64,000 bases of DNA from positions 16,765 to 80,764 of the IMG/VR virus record IMGVR_UViG_3300028591_000093, one strand, 5' to 3'. The notes below the pieces were generated by a model. The model was given only the letters and a program-made list of their open reading frames with translations. It was not told the DNA's origin and did no database searches. Position 1 is the first letter of the stretch. Every line of letters begins with the position of its first letter. The stretch comes from a virus. Taxonomy: Duplodnaviria; Heunggongvirae; Uroviricota; Caudoviricetes. The position numbers were made by a program, and so were the translations under genes. Of the stretch, positions 63,927 to 64,000 are shown in pieces.

Positions 63927-64000
63927 GAGTATATAGATGTAGGGGTGCTGGTCATCCCAAGTTACTGTTAGCAATAATGATACTTGTATTTAGTATCTTT

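Overview
AT-rich (about 35% GC) segment of a large tailed-phage genome with no host-like genes. The left arm (1-17.5 kb, mostly minus strand) carries packaging, chaperonin, lysis and tail-fibre-like genes. The right arm (18-64 kb, plus strand) carries early and metabolic genes and many RNA genes. Main points: (1) TAG is used as a sense codon in late genes. Six genes (terL N-fragment, amidase, tail-fibre-like and others) carry 1-2 in-frame TAGs inside otherwise continuous, homologous reading frames. TAA and TGA close every gene, often as ATGA or TAATG overlaps. A type-II tRNA with anticodon CTA (amber suppressor) sits inside the lysis cassette. The standard-code ORF track therefore fragments or misses late genes. 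(2) An 8-gene NAD+ regeneration module (NadE-PncA-Prs-PncB-Nudix-radical SAM-NadD-macro domain) is present, with a distal PncC. It forms a Preiss-Handler route able to rebuild NAD+ from nicotinamide plus ADP-ribose, so it is a candidate counter-defence against NAD-depleting immunity. (3) An RNA repair and quality-control set is present: RtcB ligase, a YqeY-like protein, a Ro60/TROVE-vWA protein, a tmRNA gene, about 25 tRNA genes (a 12-gene minus-strand cluster plus scattered plus-strand genes), a tRNA-Leu(UAA) interrupted by a 492-nt ORF-less group I intron, and two aberrant tRNA-like elements that may be Y-RNA-like. (4) terL is split into two ORFs by a 301-nt structured non-coding insert, a candidate intron. 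(5) A GroEL/GroES-like chaperonin pair, an NfeD-flotillin pair, a HicA-like toxin, several paralogous gene families, an iteron-like repeat array and two long ORF-free regions are also present. All calls come from reading the sequence and from motif-level knowledge. No database search was run.
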